Of a stretch of 64,000 nucleotides of DNA, positions 34,518-44,153 are shown one piece after another. Every line of letters starts with the position of its first letter. The first letter of the stretch is position 1. The stretch is taken from contig JANQAO010000001.1 of the NCBI GenBank assembly GCA_030386295.1, positions 135,546 to 199,545 on the forward strand, read 5' to 3'. The translations under genes and the position numbers were made by a program. Under the pieces are notes generated by a model. That model saw only the letters and a program-made list of their open reading frames with translations. It was not told the DNA's origin and searched no databases. This DNA comes from Candidatus Doriopsillibacter californiensis (GTDB lineage Bacteria; Pseudomonadota; Gammaproteobacteria; Tethybacterales; Persebacteraceae).

Positions 34518-35453
34518 GTGCGCATATGGCTGATGGACAGCGGTGGTGCTGGTTTTCGCGCACAAACGGCAGGACTTGGCAATGCCATTGCCGCCCGCCA
34601 TCCACAAACGGCAATAACCACAATAACGGTTTCGTCTCGATTGTGGCCGCGGTTGTTTTTATCAGCGTCGTTGCCCGATAAGGATAGACCCGACGTAGTG
34701 ATTGCCTGCGGTCGTGCTGCTGTTGTTCCGGCATTAGCGGCTAAACGCCGACATGGCGCCTTTACTGTGTACATCCAGCGTCCACCGAAGGCTAACGCTT
34801 TTGACGCTGTTGTCTGCGGATTACATGACAATTTAACTGGTGACAATGTGCTGCCGATTATTGGTTCCGTTGGCGGTTTTTGTGCTAATACTCTGGTACA
34901 TCGTCGCCACGCTGCCGAAAAAATATTTGCGGCAGTGCCAGAGCCGCGTACCGCTGTACTTATTGGCGGCAGCAACCGCGCTTTTAATTTTACTCCAGAA
35001 GATTGCCGACAACTGGCGGCAGAAATTAAAGAAACAGCTGGCGACAGCGGGTTGTTGGTGAGTGTTTCCCGTCGTACCGGAAAACAAAACACCGCAATTT
35101 TTGATACGGCTTTTGCTGGTAGCAAGCATTTTTTTTTCAACGGCAACGGTGACAATCCTTATACCGACATGTTGGCCGTTGCCGACCGTTTTGTAGTGAC
35201 CGGTGACTCAGTTAACATGCTTAGTGAAGCTTGCACCGCGGGCAAGCCGACTTATATTTTTCCGCTGCGGAAAAAATTTATATGCGTCACTGCCGCTAAA
35301 TTTCATCGGTTTCATCACCTGCTTATTGATAATGGTTATGCCCGCTTATGGGAAAAACGGTTTGATGAATGGAGTTCGCCCGCATTCAACGAAACTGCGC
35401 GTGCGGCTGACTTTGTTTTGCGCCGCTATCATGAGTGGTGCCAACGCGGATGA
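34518..35453 (+). CDS. ELM1/GtrOC1-family (DUF1022) putative glycosyltransferase
   Basis: 311 aa. The N-terminus RIWLMDSGGAGFRAQTAGLGNAI and overall pattern resemble the bacterial 'mitochondrial fission ELM1' family. This is a recognition-based call. Confidence 0.55.
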   Translation: MRIWLMDSGGAGFRAQTAGLGNAIAARHPQTAITTITVSSRLWPRLFLSASLPDKDRPDVVIACGRAAVVPALAAKRRHGAFTVYIQRPPKANAFDAVVCGLHDNLTGDNVLPIIGSVGGFCANTLVHRRHAAEKIFAAVPEPRTAVLIGGSNRAFNFTPEDCRQLAAEIKETAGDSGLLVSVSRRTGKQNTAIFDTAFAGSKHFFFNGNGDNPYTDMLAVADRFVVTGDSVNMLSEACTAGKPTYIFPLRKKFICVTAAKFHRFHHLLIDNGYARLWEKRFDEWSSPAFNETARAADFVLRRYHEWCQRG

Positions 35454-35468
35454 TATAATTATTTTCAT

Positions 35469-36122
35469 ATGAACGCCGTCGTCAGCGCTATAGATTGGGA
35501 TGTTTTGCAGCAAACTTCGGTGCAAAAATCTCCTTTTCCGCATCTCATTGTTCCAGGTTTTATTGCAGCGGCACAGAAGGATGTGGTTAACCGCGATTTT
35601 CCTGACATTCAATCACCGGGTTCTTTTCCCGCGGCTACGTTGCACTGTGGTGATGCTTTTTCAGGTTTGTTGGAGGAATTACGAGGGGCGCGCTTGGCGA
35701 CTTTAATAGGCGAAAAATTTGGTATGGAACTTGGTGATCGTGAAACCATGATTACTGTGCGTGGTCAGTGTCGTTCCACCGATGGCAAAATTCATCTAGA
35801 TTCAAAAGGCAAGCTTATTACCATATTGATTTATATGAATGGTCCGTGGGAATCCGACGGTGGTCGTTTGCGATTACTCAACGGACCTGATGATATTGAA
35901 GATTATTTTGCAGAGACACCGCCGTCACAAGGAACGATGCTGGCTTTTGCTTGCGCTGATAATGCTTGGCACGGACACAAAAGTTTTTCTGGTCGGCGTC
36001 GTGCCATTCAACTTAACTGGGTGCGGGATGAGCGCTACCTACGCCGCGAACGCCAGCGTCATACTGTTAGTGCCGCACTCAAAAAAGTAAGCCGTTTTTT
36101 TAGGCTGCAAAAAAAGACTTGA
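35469..36122 (+). CDS. 2OG-Fe(II) oxygenase superfamily protein (P4H-like small dioxygenase)
   Basis: HLD...H...R motif set (HLDSKGK ... AWHGHK ... GRRRAIQLNW) on a roughly 217 aa DSBH scaffold. Confidence 0.6.
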   Translation: MNAVVSAIDWDVLQQTSVQKSPFPHLIVPGFIAAAQKDVVNRDFPDIQSPGSFPAATLHCGDAFSGLLEELRGARLATLIGEKFGMELGDRETMITVRGQCRSTDGKIHLDSKGKLITILIYMNGPWESDGGRLRLLNGPDDIEDYFAETPPSQGTMLAFACADNAWHGHKSFSGRRRAIQLNWVRDERYLRRERQRHTVSAALKKVSRFFRLQKKT

Positions 36123-36141
36123 TTCGACTGGTAAAACAATA

Positions 36142-38034
36142 ATGGCATTGCCCATCCAAACGTTTAGCAATCAATCCGGCGGATTTTCTTATTTTAAGGC
36201 GCTTGGTCATCCTTTGGCGGTTACTGGTGGAGCCGCTATTTTGAAAAAAATTCGCACAGCTCGGCGAGCTGCCGTCTATGACCCACTGGGGCAGTTAACG
36301 GCTTTTTCCGCATTGCACGGCTTGCGAACCGATGATTTTACTGATTGTTTCGTCCGTGACACGTTTTTACTTAATGAACAAACGCTGGGGCATGACCATC
36401 GTCCAGTTACCGAGCTTGCGCACGCGGATATAGATGTATTGTTTATGCCGGTTTTTGACGCCGGGTTGCTGTTAGATCAAATCAGCGGGCTGTTGCCTGC
36501 CGGTTGCGTTACGGTGACGCTGGACGAGATGCGCATTCCTGGGCGATTGCTCACCAACAAACGCAATTATTTAGACAAACTTAATTTCGCCACCAATTTT
36601 GCTTTCTTTCGTGATGAAGCGGGTAAACATTCGCGGCTGGTCACCGCCAACTATTGGGGAGGCTATGGTGCAAAAGGTACATTTTTATGGTGTCGCTTGT
36701 TTGCAGGTAGCGGTGACGTGTTGCTGGATTTTGAAGTGCCGCTGCAACACGCTAATCAAACCGTGGTGATTGATAGTCGCCAATTGCGTGCTGAGCATGG
36801 GTTGTCCGATTTTTGTGGACAATTATTTATTTCAGTGGTTAATGGTGCCGGGCACGATATCGTCAAGTATGTAATTGATACGGGCGGCGGCGAAGAAGAA
36901 GTTAGTTGTACGCATGATGCTAACGCTTGGCCGGCGGATTTGTACGCTGGGTTGCCTGCGCCCATGGCGGATGAAAAGGTGTTGCTGTGGGTGCAAAATT
37001 CGCATCCCGTTCCGATTGCTGCAAGTGAAATCGGGTTAAATCTGATGGGTGATAACAATATTGCTTGGCTGGACGAAGAAATTGCTCCCTTTGCTAGCTG
37101 TGCTGTAGACGTGTCATCTTTGCTACCTAACGCGCGCTGGCCACAGCAATTGGAAATTCAAGCTGGCAAGTGGTTTGTGCGTCCACGTTATGAAATTATT
37201 AAAGCGGGTCGGAGTCGTATTAATCATCCCAATGTAGAGCGCAATGACTTGCAGCACGATGAGAACATTCGCCGTTTGACCGCACACTTGGGTAAAGGTT
37301 TTATCTTGCCTGCACCGATTTTGCCGCCAGATGAATTCGTTAGTGAGTGTTTGCCCACGCCGATGTCTACGGCGCAAACCTCTTTGCCTATTATTACCGT
37401 TGCCTATGATGCTGACGGTAATGAAATCGCCCGCGAAGCTTTAGGCAATCTGCCGCGCAATCATACTCGGCAAGTAGATTTAACAGCGCTCGCCGCTAAC
37501 ATCCCCGCTGGTGGTGGTCATGTGGAATTGCAGTACGATTTAGATGCGAATGGAGTGATGGATGGTTGGCTGCATGCATTGTTTCGTTACACGGACAAAC
37601 GTTCTGGTCACGGCGCTGACACTAGTTTTGGCGCACACTTATTCAATCACATCATGACTTTTCGCAGTGAACCGCAGTCTTACAAAGGTCCGCCACCGGG
37701 ACTCAGCACCCGTCTATTTTTGCGCTTGATGCCAGCGCCGGCACGCGTTTTTTGCCATCTAACTTACGCGGTTTGTTCACAATGGCATGCGTATTCCAGC
37801 ACTATACTGGAGCTCAAAAATGCAGCTGGAGAAGATGTATCCCGTACTGCTTTTTCTATTCCTGCCAACGGCTCGCGGTTGTTTTTTGCTGATGAAATGT
37901 TCAATGCTACTGATTTGCAGCAGGCTGGCGACAATGGCTATATTTTGGTGCGTGATAGTACCTGCCGTCTGTTTGGTTATCACGGTGTCCGGCAGAACAG
38001 CGGTTTTGCGCTAGATCATATGTTTGGCTTTTAA
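36142..38034 (+). CDS. Large hypothetical protein (630 aa) with no family I can recognise; no signal peptide or TM segments apparent
   Basis: Long uninterrupted ORF with genome-typical codon usage and tight spacing to its operon neighbours (19 nt upstream, 18 nt downstream). Confidence 0.7.
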   Translation: MALPIQTFSNQSGGFSYFKALGHPLAVTGGAAILKKIRTARRAAVYDPLGQLTAFSALHGLRTDDFTDCFVRDTFLLNEQTLGHDHRPVTELAHADIDVLFMPVFDAGLLLDQISGLLPAGCVTVTLDEMRIPGRLLTNKRNYLDKLNFATNFAFFRDEAGKHSRLVTANYWGGYGAKGTFLWCRLFAGSGDVLLDFEVPLQHANQTVVIDSRQLRAEHGLSDFCGQLFISVVNGAGHDIVKYVIDTGGGEEEVSCTHDANAWPADLYAGLPAPMADEKVLLWVQNSHPVPIAASEIGLNLMGDNNIAWLDEEIAPFASCAVDVSSLLPNARWPQQLEIQAGKWFVRPRYEIIKAGRSRINHPNVERNDLQHDENIRRLTAHLGKGFILPAPILPPDEFVSECLPTPMSTAQTSLPIITVAYDADGNEIAREALGNLPRNHTRQVDLTALAANIPAGGGHVELQYDLDANGVMDGWLHALFRYTDKRSGHGADTSFGAHLFNHIMTFRSEPQSYKGPPPGLSTRLFLRLMPAPARVFCHLTYAVCSQWHAYSSTILELKNAAGEDVSRTAFSIPANGSRLFFADEMFNATDLQQAGDNGYILVRDSTCRLFGYHGVRQNSGFALDHMFGF

Positions 38035-38052
38035 AATTAACAAGAATTTATT

Positions 38053-38580
38053 ATGAATATTACGCTTTCCAAATTTAACGCACTTGCCGCTGCTAAATTA
38101 ACATTGATGGCGGTGATGATGTTTGGTTTTGGTTATGCGATGGTGCCGCTGTATTACAAAATCTGTCAAGTAACGGGCATTAAAAATTTACTTAATCCTG
38201 CCGACACGGATGATATTGCCGTTGATCCCAATCGCCGCTTGCGGGTGGAATTGGACACCAACGCCCGCGGATTGGTGTCAATGAGTCCCAGTGTGCGGCT
38301 AATGGACAGTGTGGAGTCGGGACAAACATACAGTGTTATCTATACGCTTAAAAATCTTAGCAATCGTCGCTTGGTTGGTCAGGCTATTCCATCTTATGCT
38401 CCGGCGCGTGCCGGAGCGTGGTTCAAAAAAATTCAATGTTTTTGTTTTGATCAGCTAACAATGGAGCCCGATGAAGTGCGGGAGGCACCGGTGGTGTTTA
38501 TTATTGATGCTGCCATGCCTGAGGATATCAACACGGTGGCGTTGTCATATACTTTTTTTGAGGTAGAAGGCGCTCAGTGA
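38053..38580 (+). CDS. ctaG: Cytochrome c oxidase assembly copper chaperone Cox11/CtaG
   Basis: N-terminal TM anchor plus the Cu-binding CFCF motif (IQCFCFDQ). 175 aa. Confidence 0.85.
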   Translation: MNITLSKFNALAAAKLTLMAVMMFGFGYAMVPLYYKICQVTGIKNLLNPADTDDIAVDPNRRLRVELDTNARGLVSMSPSVRLMDSVESGQTYSVIYTLKNLSNRRLVGQAIPSYAPARAGAWFKKIQCFCFDQLTMEPDEVREAPVVFIIDAAMPEDINTVALSYTFFEVEGAQ

Positions 38581-38756
38581 AAGCCTTTTTGCTTGCTGCT
38601 AAAACTGTTATTTTCGCTTTTTTTGGGGTTCGCCGCAAAAATGCTGCAGCAACTGATTGGAATACACTTAAGCCGCATCATGTCATTATTGCCGGAATTT
38701 TTATGGCAGCATTATTTATCGCTATTATCTTGACCGTGGTAGATTTAATCGTTTAA
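38577..38756 (+). CDS. DUF2970-like small membrane protein (59 aa, GTG start overlapping the cox11 stop)
   Basis: Translation VKAFLLAAKTVIFAFFGVRRKNAAATDWNTLKPHHVIIAGIFMAALFIAIILTVVDLIV. It is absent from the ORF track (under 60 aa) and resembles small proteins found in oxidase assembly clusters. Confidence 0.5.
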   Translation: MKAFLLAAKTVIFAFFGVRRKNAAATDWNTLKPHHVIIAGIFMAALFIAIILTVVDLIV

Positions 38757-38836
38757 TCTAACGTGAGTGCCTGTTCGCACAACGGTTGCTAAAAATGCAC
38801 AACATTTGAGGGCGGTGTTTTTTAAAGCAAGACAAG

Positions 38837-39907
38837 TTGTGTCACATGAAAAAACAACCGTTCTGTGTTGTTCGTCAGTGCGAGGAGCCGCTTTTTAGCC
38901 TTTTGTATCGGGCACGGGTAAAATACACGATGATGACGCAAGTGCCTTCTGGATCCAATGTCGCTGGTATGCAGACGGATTCGTTTCGCCGCCCATGGTG
39001 GCTGTTTTCCGGTCATATGGAAACCATTGCATCACTTTATGAACGCAATCAAGAGTCATTTGAAAATCGTGTTATTCCAACACCGGAAGGCGATGAAATT
39101 TTACTTAGTTATGTAATGGGCGATGAAAAAATGCCCTTGCTAACTTTGTTTCATGGATTAGAAGGATGTGCGCAAAGTCACACCATACGCCTACTGGCAT
39201 CTTATTTTATCGCTCAAGGGTGGACAGTGGCGGTGCCACATTTTCGTTCTTGTGGCCACATGAATCGATTGCCGCGCGCCTATCACGCCGCCGACGGTGC
39301 CGAGGTGCGCTGGATGTTAAATTGGTGTCGTGCTGCTTTTGTTCGGCCGTACACCTTTGCCGCTGGTGTGTCATTAGGTGGCAATGCGCTGATTCGTTGT
39401 TTGGACTCTACTGATGAAACAGAGTCGTGTTGTGCAGCGGCAACCGTGAGTGCGCCGCTGGACTTAACTGCCGCTGCTTATCATCTCAATAGTGGTTTTC
39501 CGCACCTGCTATATGGGCGGCATTTTTTAAAACTACTACGTGCTAAAGTGCTGGTTAAGGCGGCACGCTACCCGTCAATATGTGATTTAAAAAAGCTGCG
39601 CCGTGCCCGCACTATTGGCGATTTTGATGAACTATACACTGCACCAGTACATGGTTTTTCCAGTGCCCAAGCATACTGGCGGCGAGCATCAGCCTATACT
39701 GCCCTGTTGCGAATGAAAACGCCGTTGTTGTGTATAAACGCGCAAAATGATCCAATGGTACCAGTAGCCTCGCTACCAGTTAAGGCGTCATCAGCGGTTA
39801 GTTTTTGTCGTCCTCGGCACGGTGGACACGGCGCTTTTTTTGGTAAGCCGGCTAATTGGCTGGCCGCTACGATGGGCGATTTTTTCAACCAATATATGAA
39901 TTCTTAA
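38837..39907 (+). CDS. YheT-type alpha/beta hydrolase
   Basis: HGLEG...nucleophile elbow GVSLGGN; abhydrolase family. The start is uncertain (alternative Met at about 38927). Confidence 0.7.
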   Translation: MCHMKKQPFCVVRQCEEPLFSLLYRARVKYTMMTQVPSGSNVAGMQTDSFRRPWWLFSGHMETIASLYERNQESFENRVIPTPEGDEILLSYVMGDEKMPLLTLFHGLEGCAQSHTIRLLASYFIAQGWTVAVPHFRSCGHMNRLPRAYHAADGAEVRWMLNWCRAAFVRPYTFAAGVSLGGNALIRCLDSTDETESCCAAATVSAPLDLTAAAYHLNSGFPHLLYGRHFLKLLRAKVLVKAARYPSICDLKKLRRARTIGDFDELYTAPVHGFSSAQAYWRRASAYTALLRMKTPLLCINAQNDPMVPVASLPVKASSAVSFCRPRHGGHGAFFGKPANWLAATMGDFFNQYMNS

Positions 39908-39940
39908 TCAATTTTAAATTTCAAATACTAGAATAAAACA

Positions 39941-41299
39941 ATGACAATTGCGGCTAATATTTTTAAAGCAAACGATATTCGCGGTATTTATAATGATACG
40001 CTTACTGATGATGCGGCGCGCTCCATTGGTCGTGCTCTCGCCGCCGAGGCCTTGGATGCCGGTGCCACCAGTATGGCATTGGCGCGCGATGGACGATTGT
40101 CTAGCCAGCCGCTGACCGTGGCACTAACGGAAGGACTGTGTGCCGGCGGGGTATCGGTTGTTGATATTGGTATGGCGCCGACGCCGGTATTGTATTTTGC
40201 CGCGCAAACACTGTGTAGTGGGAGTGGCGTGATGGTTACCGGCAGTCATAATCCGCCCGCTCACAATGGCATGAAAATGCTTATTGCTGGGCGTACATTA
40301 AAAGGTGATGGCGTTCAGGAATTGAGGCGACGTATTGAAACAGGAGATTATGGTAGCGCGCCAACAGCAGAGGGACAAAACGTTGATGTATTGGAAAACT
40401 ATATTGCCGCTGTGTGCTGTGCTGTGCCCACTGCACGGGCGCTGCATTTAGTAGTGGATGCCGGTAACGGCGTGGCAGGTGCCTATGCACCGATGCTGTA
40501 TAAAAAACTAGGGCATCAGGTGACGTCGTTATATTGTGATGTGGACGGGAATTTTCCTAATCACCACCCCGACCCTGCGCAGCCAGAAAATCTTATTGCC
40601 GCCCGCAAAAAATTGAATGAAACCGACGCTGATATAGCGATAGTATTTGACGGCGATGGCGATCGTTTGGGCGTGTTACTACCCGGGCGGGAAGACTGGG
40701 TTTTTCCCGATAGGCTATTGATGTTGCTGGCACAAGATATGTTGAGTCGCCACCATGGCGGACGGGTGGTATTTGATGTCAAATGTAGTGCTAATTTAGC
40801 GCCGTGGATTGAACAGCATGGCGGCATTGCCGACATGCAGCCGACGGGGCACGCCTTTATCAAATCGCGTATGAGAGAGACTGGTGCACTGTTGGGCGGT
40901 GAAATGAGCGGGCATTTTTATTTTGCCGAACAATGGTTTGGTTTTGATGATGCGTTACTTGCCGGTGCTCGGTTGGTTGCCATTATTGGCAACAATCCCC
41001 ATGTGATGAGGGACATTCCCTCAAGCGCGGCCTCACCAGAAATTGTGGTGTCCATTGGTGCACGAGACGGCCACGCTTTTGTGCGTGATTTGCGAAACAA
41101 AGTGCACTTTCCCGACATGAAAAAAATAGTAGATATTGACGGGTTGCGGGTGGAATATGCTGATGGCTTTGGCTTGGTGCGGGCTTCCAACACGACCGCT
41201 TCTTTGGTGTTGCGCTTTGAAGGTAACAATGATGAAGCGTTGCAGCGTATTACCAATGATTTTAAAAAATTTCTGGCAGCAGAAGGAATTGTTTTTTAG
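39941..41299 (+). CDS. algC: Phosphomannomutase / phosphoglucomutase
   Basis: Active-site TGSHNPPAHNGMK phospho-Ser loop, DGDGDR metal loop and GEMSGH sugar-binding loop. Confidence 0.9.
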   Translation: MTIAANIFKANDIRGIYNDTLTDDAARSIGRALAAEALDAGATSMALARDGRLSSQPLTVALTEGLCAGGVSVVDIGMAPTPVLYFAAQTLCSGSGVMVTGSHNPPAHNGMKMLIAGRTLKGDGVQELRRRIETGDYGSAPTAEGQNVDVLENYIAAVCCAVPTARALHLVVDAGNGVAGAYAPMLYKKLGHQVTSLYCDVDGNFPNHHPDPAQPENLIAARKKLNETDADIAIVFDGDGDRLGVLLPGREDWVFPDRLLMLLAQDMLSRHHGGRVVFDVKCSANLAPWIEQHGGIADMQPTGHAFIKSRMRETGALLGGEMSGHFYFAEQWFGFDDALLAGARLVAIIGNNPHVMRDIPSSAASPEIVVSIGARDGHAFVRDLRNKVHFPDMKKIVDIDGLRVEYADGFGLVRASNTTASLVLRFEGNNDEALQRITNDFKKFLAAEGIVF

Positions 41300-41384
41300 A
41301 AAAAGATATTCCGATTACAACGCTTGCGAGAATGGTTAAATAAAAAAGATAATTTGCCGCGATAAATAGGAAGCTGGCGGTATG

Positions 41385-41573
41385 TTATTTGGGAAAAAGC
41401 CCAAACTGAGAGGAAACAATAATAAACACGAATAGCAAAACCGACAATCCTACGCGAATAGTGAGCGCCCGCACGGTTTTGTTGCTGCCGCTGCGATCAC
41501 GCAACATATGAAATAAGCCGATAAACAAATTAATAAAAATAAAACACAACAAAAGGATGAAAATAATGCGCAT
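41385..41573 (-). CDS. Twin-transmembrane-helix small protein (DUF2909-like, 62 aa)
   Basis: Two hydrophobic helices separated by RDRSG. This family is commonly found in aa3-oxidase assembly clusters. Confidence 0.45.
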   Translation of the reverse strand: MRIIFILLLCFIFINLFIGLFHMLRDRSGSNKTVRALTIRVGLSVLLFVFIIVSSQFGLFPK

Positions 41574-41686
41574 GCGAACATTTTACTCTATCCAGCAATA
41601 GGCATGGCGGTTACTAATACATAAAAAACATAAGTAAATGTGATGACGCTGTACGGACAACTTTGCGCTATTGAGTCGGGCGGTGA

Positions 41687-42601
41687 TTAGTGTGAAAGAT
41701 TTTCCTGTTGTTGAATCAGTGACACATAAATGCCGGCGGCAATAATTAGCATAATGCCAACGGTGGTGTTAGCGGTTGGCAATTCATTAAACAGCCACCA
41801 ACTTAGGGTGGAGGCGCCGATAATTTCGGTGTAATGAAAAGGTGCGACTTGTGAAGCACCGGCATATTTGCACGATTTAGCAATGGTGAAATGCCCCAGT
41901 GCCGATAGTCCGCCCATGGTGATTATTAACAGCCAGTCGCCAGCGGTAGGTGCTTGCCAGTCTAAAAAGGCTAGCGGGGTGCTGATGATGGCGGCGGTGA
42001 GCATCGCCATAAATGCTGTGTGTCCGTCGCCGCCGGCACTACGGCTTTGAGCATATCGTGTAGCTATAATATAACCGCCATAGCAAAGACCTGCTACTAA
42101 CGCCAAAGATAGTGCCGGCGAAAAATCATCGGCAGCTGGGCGCAGCACAATAAGTACACCGATAAACCCGACTGCACTTGCCGCCACGCAACGAAATGAA
42201 AAAGCTTCACCCAGTAGTAGTGGTGCAGTAATAGTGACAAATAGCGGCGCGATAAATATTAGTGCTAACGCATTGGGTAGCGGGTTATCTTTGATTGCGG
42301 CAAAGAAAAATAAAGACGCTCCCGCCCAGCAAGTGCCACGTAGCCAATGCGGACGCAGTGCATGCCAAACGGCGCGTTTGCCGCTACGCAACGGTAGAGA
42401 AGAAGCGCCCAGTGGTAGTAAAAATAGCGTGCCCACTGCCAACCGCGCCCACGCGACTTGCGCAACACCCAAGCCACTGTTAGCAGTGAGTAATTTGGCA
42501 ATGGCGTCTGTGATGGGAACGATTTGCATAGCCAACGTCATCAGCGCCATTCCCCACAGCACTCGGCGACTAGATGTCATGCTAATCGGTAAGCTCAACA
42601 A
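41687..42601 (-). CDS. EamA/DMT-family transporter
   Basis: 304 aa, about 10 TM segments, duplicated EamA domains. Confidence 0.75.
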   Translation of the reverse strand: MLSLPISMTSSRRVLWGMALMTLAMQIVPITDAIAKLLTANSGLGVAQVAWARLAVGTLFLLPLGASSLPLRSGKRAVWHALRPHWLRGTCWAGASLFFFAAIKDNPLPNALALIFIAPLFVTITAPLLLGEAFSFRCVAASAVGFIGVLIVLRPAADDFSPALSLALVAGLCYGGYIIATRYAQSRSAGGDGHTAFMAMLTAAIISTPLAFLDWQAPTAGDWLLIITMGGLSALGHFTIAKSCKYAGASQVAPFHYTEIIGASTLSWWLFNELPTANTTVGIMLIIAAGIYVSLIQQQENLSH

Positions 42602-43292
42602 TCACGCGGTGGTTGATACGACCTTTATTTTCAATTTTAATTACTCGTGCCGTGCCAATTTCTTCGGTTCGGGCAACATGTGTGCCGCCGCAGGCTTGCA
42701 AATCAATACCGGCAATTTCCACCAGTCGAATGGTACCGGAACCGCGTGGTGGCGATACCGACAGCGTTCTCACCAGCGACGGATTATCGTCCAGTTCTTT
42801 TTCATCTACCCAGCGGGTAGTGACTGGCACGTCGGCATGCACCCAGTTATTTATTTTTTCTTCTAAAGCCATTTTGTCGGTGGTGCCGTCGTTGTCAAAA
42901 TCAATGCGACCGCGCAACGGTCCCGAAATATTACTGCCGGTAACCGGCGCATTAACGGCGGCGCACAACAGGTGCATAGCGGTGTGCGTACGCATGAGTT
43001 GATGTCGTCGTTGCCAGTCCAAAATAAGAGAAGCCATATCGCCAACAGCTGGAGCTACATCGCCTTGTAAATGATGCCAGATGATGTTGTGTTCGCGCTC
43101 GCGGGTGGTGTTAATAATTTTAAAAGTGTGTCCGTTGATGATGAGTTGTCCAGTATCTCCGGGTTGACCGCCGCCGTGTGGATAAAAAACAGTTTGGTTG
43201 CAGGTAATTTTAATTCCATCTGTAGCCGTTTCTACTTGAGTAATAACGGTGCAAATGTCGCGGCGGTACGGCTCATCCCAATATAAAGTCAT
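42582..43292 (-). CDS. AlaX-like tRNA editing protein (alanyl-tRNA synthetase second additional domain)
   Basis: HTAMHLL and CGGTHV zinc-binding motifs of the Ala/Thr-tRNA editing domain. 236 aa. Confidence 0.75.
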   Translation of the reverse strand: MTLYWDEPYRRDICTVITQVETATDGIKITCNQTVFYPHGGGQPGDTGQLIINGHTFKIINTTREREHNIIWHHLQGDVAPAVGDMASLILDWQRRHQLMRTHTAMHLLCAAVNAPVTGSNISGPLRGRIDFDNDGTTDKMALEEKINNWVHADVPVTTRWVDEKELDDNPSLVRTLSVSPPRGSGTIRLVEIAGIDLQACGGTHVARTEEIGTARVIKIENKGRINHRVIVELTD

Positions 43293-43313
43293 GGCGACGA
43301 TTATAAGGGGGAT

Positions 43314-44000
43314 TTATAAACAATCTTTGTTGTCAATACCGGCTGCAGCGGGTAATTCGTGTAAGTCAGTAATAACAGTGGTAGGTGCATAATCTGACCA
43401 CCGGTCGGGTGTTTCTCCGTCCCGGCGCACCCACGCTGTGCGCCAGCCAGCGGCACTTGCTCCGAGCACATCAAAATTATTACCTGACACTAACCATGTT
43501 TCATTGGCATTGGCATGGGCGCGTCGCAAAAAATGTGCATACACTTCGGGTGCCGGTTTAAACAAGCACACGTCTTCTACGCTTATTACATCGATAAATA
43601 ATTCTGCAATGTCATTCACTGTAAGCAAGTCCTGTACCGCTGTCTGAGCACCATTGGAAAAGGCAAATAATTTACAATTTGCGGCGGCTAACGCGGTCAA
43701 TGTATTTTTTACGTCGGCAAACAGCGGCAATTTTGCATAAGCGTCCATCAGTGTATTCCGAATGGTAGGCGTTAAATTTGAGGCTCGTTCTAAACAAACA
43801 TAATTTAACGCCTCGCGGGTACACTGCTCAAAAGGTTGATAACGACGCATTAATCCTCGTCGGAAGGAATATTCCAGTTGTTTGTCACGCCAGCGAGAAG
43901 CAAAGGCGGTAGCGTCATCGCCTACGTGCGTGGCTAAAGCCTTGCTAATACCGGAAGTATCTACAAGAGTGCCGTACACGTCAAAAGCAAAAAAGAGCAT
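43314..44000 (-). CDS. HAD-superfamily hydrolase (haloacid dehalogenase type II-like)
   Basis: FDVYGTLVD motif I, plus SNG and other HAD motifs. Confidence 0.75.
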   Translation of the reverse strand: MLFFAFDVYGTLVDTSGISKALATHVGDDATAFASRWRDKQLEYSFRRGLMRRYQPFEQCTREALNYVCLERASNLTPTIRNTLMDAYAKLPLFADVKNTLTALAAANCKLFAFSNGAQTAVQDLLTVNDIAELFIDVISVEDVCLFKPAPEVYAHFLRRAHANANETWLVSGNNFDVLGASAAGWRTAWVRRDGETPDRWSDYAPTTVITDLHELPAAAGIDNKDCL

Positions 44001-44153
44001 ATTTACAATGGATTAAAAATATTGATAACGATGAATCAGATAAATGTCATTATGAGGTAAATGCTCAATTTTTTAGCTAGATTACGAATAGCGAAAAAGA
44101 GGCCTTTTATGTTCACCCGTAGCAGAGCAAGCAAACGGCTATAATTTATCCTT

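Noticed and set aside
34386-35155. Minus-strand ORFs (73-230 aa) opposite the ELM1-like gene and its upstream spacer
   Set aside because: They are antisense to the better-supported + strand gene, with no motifs.
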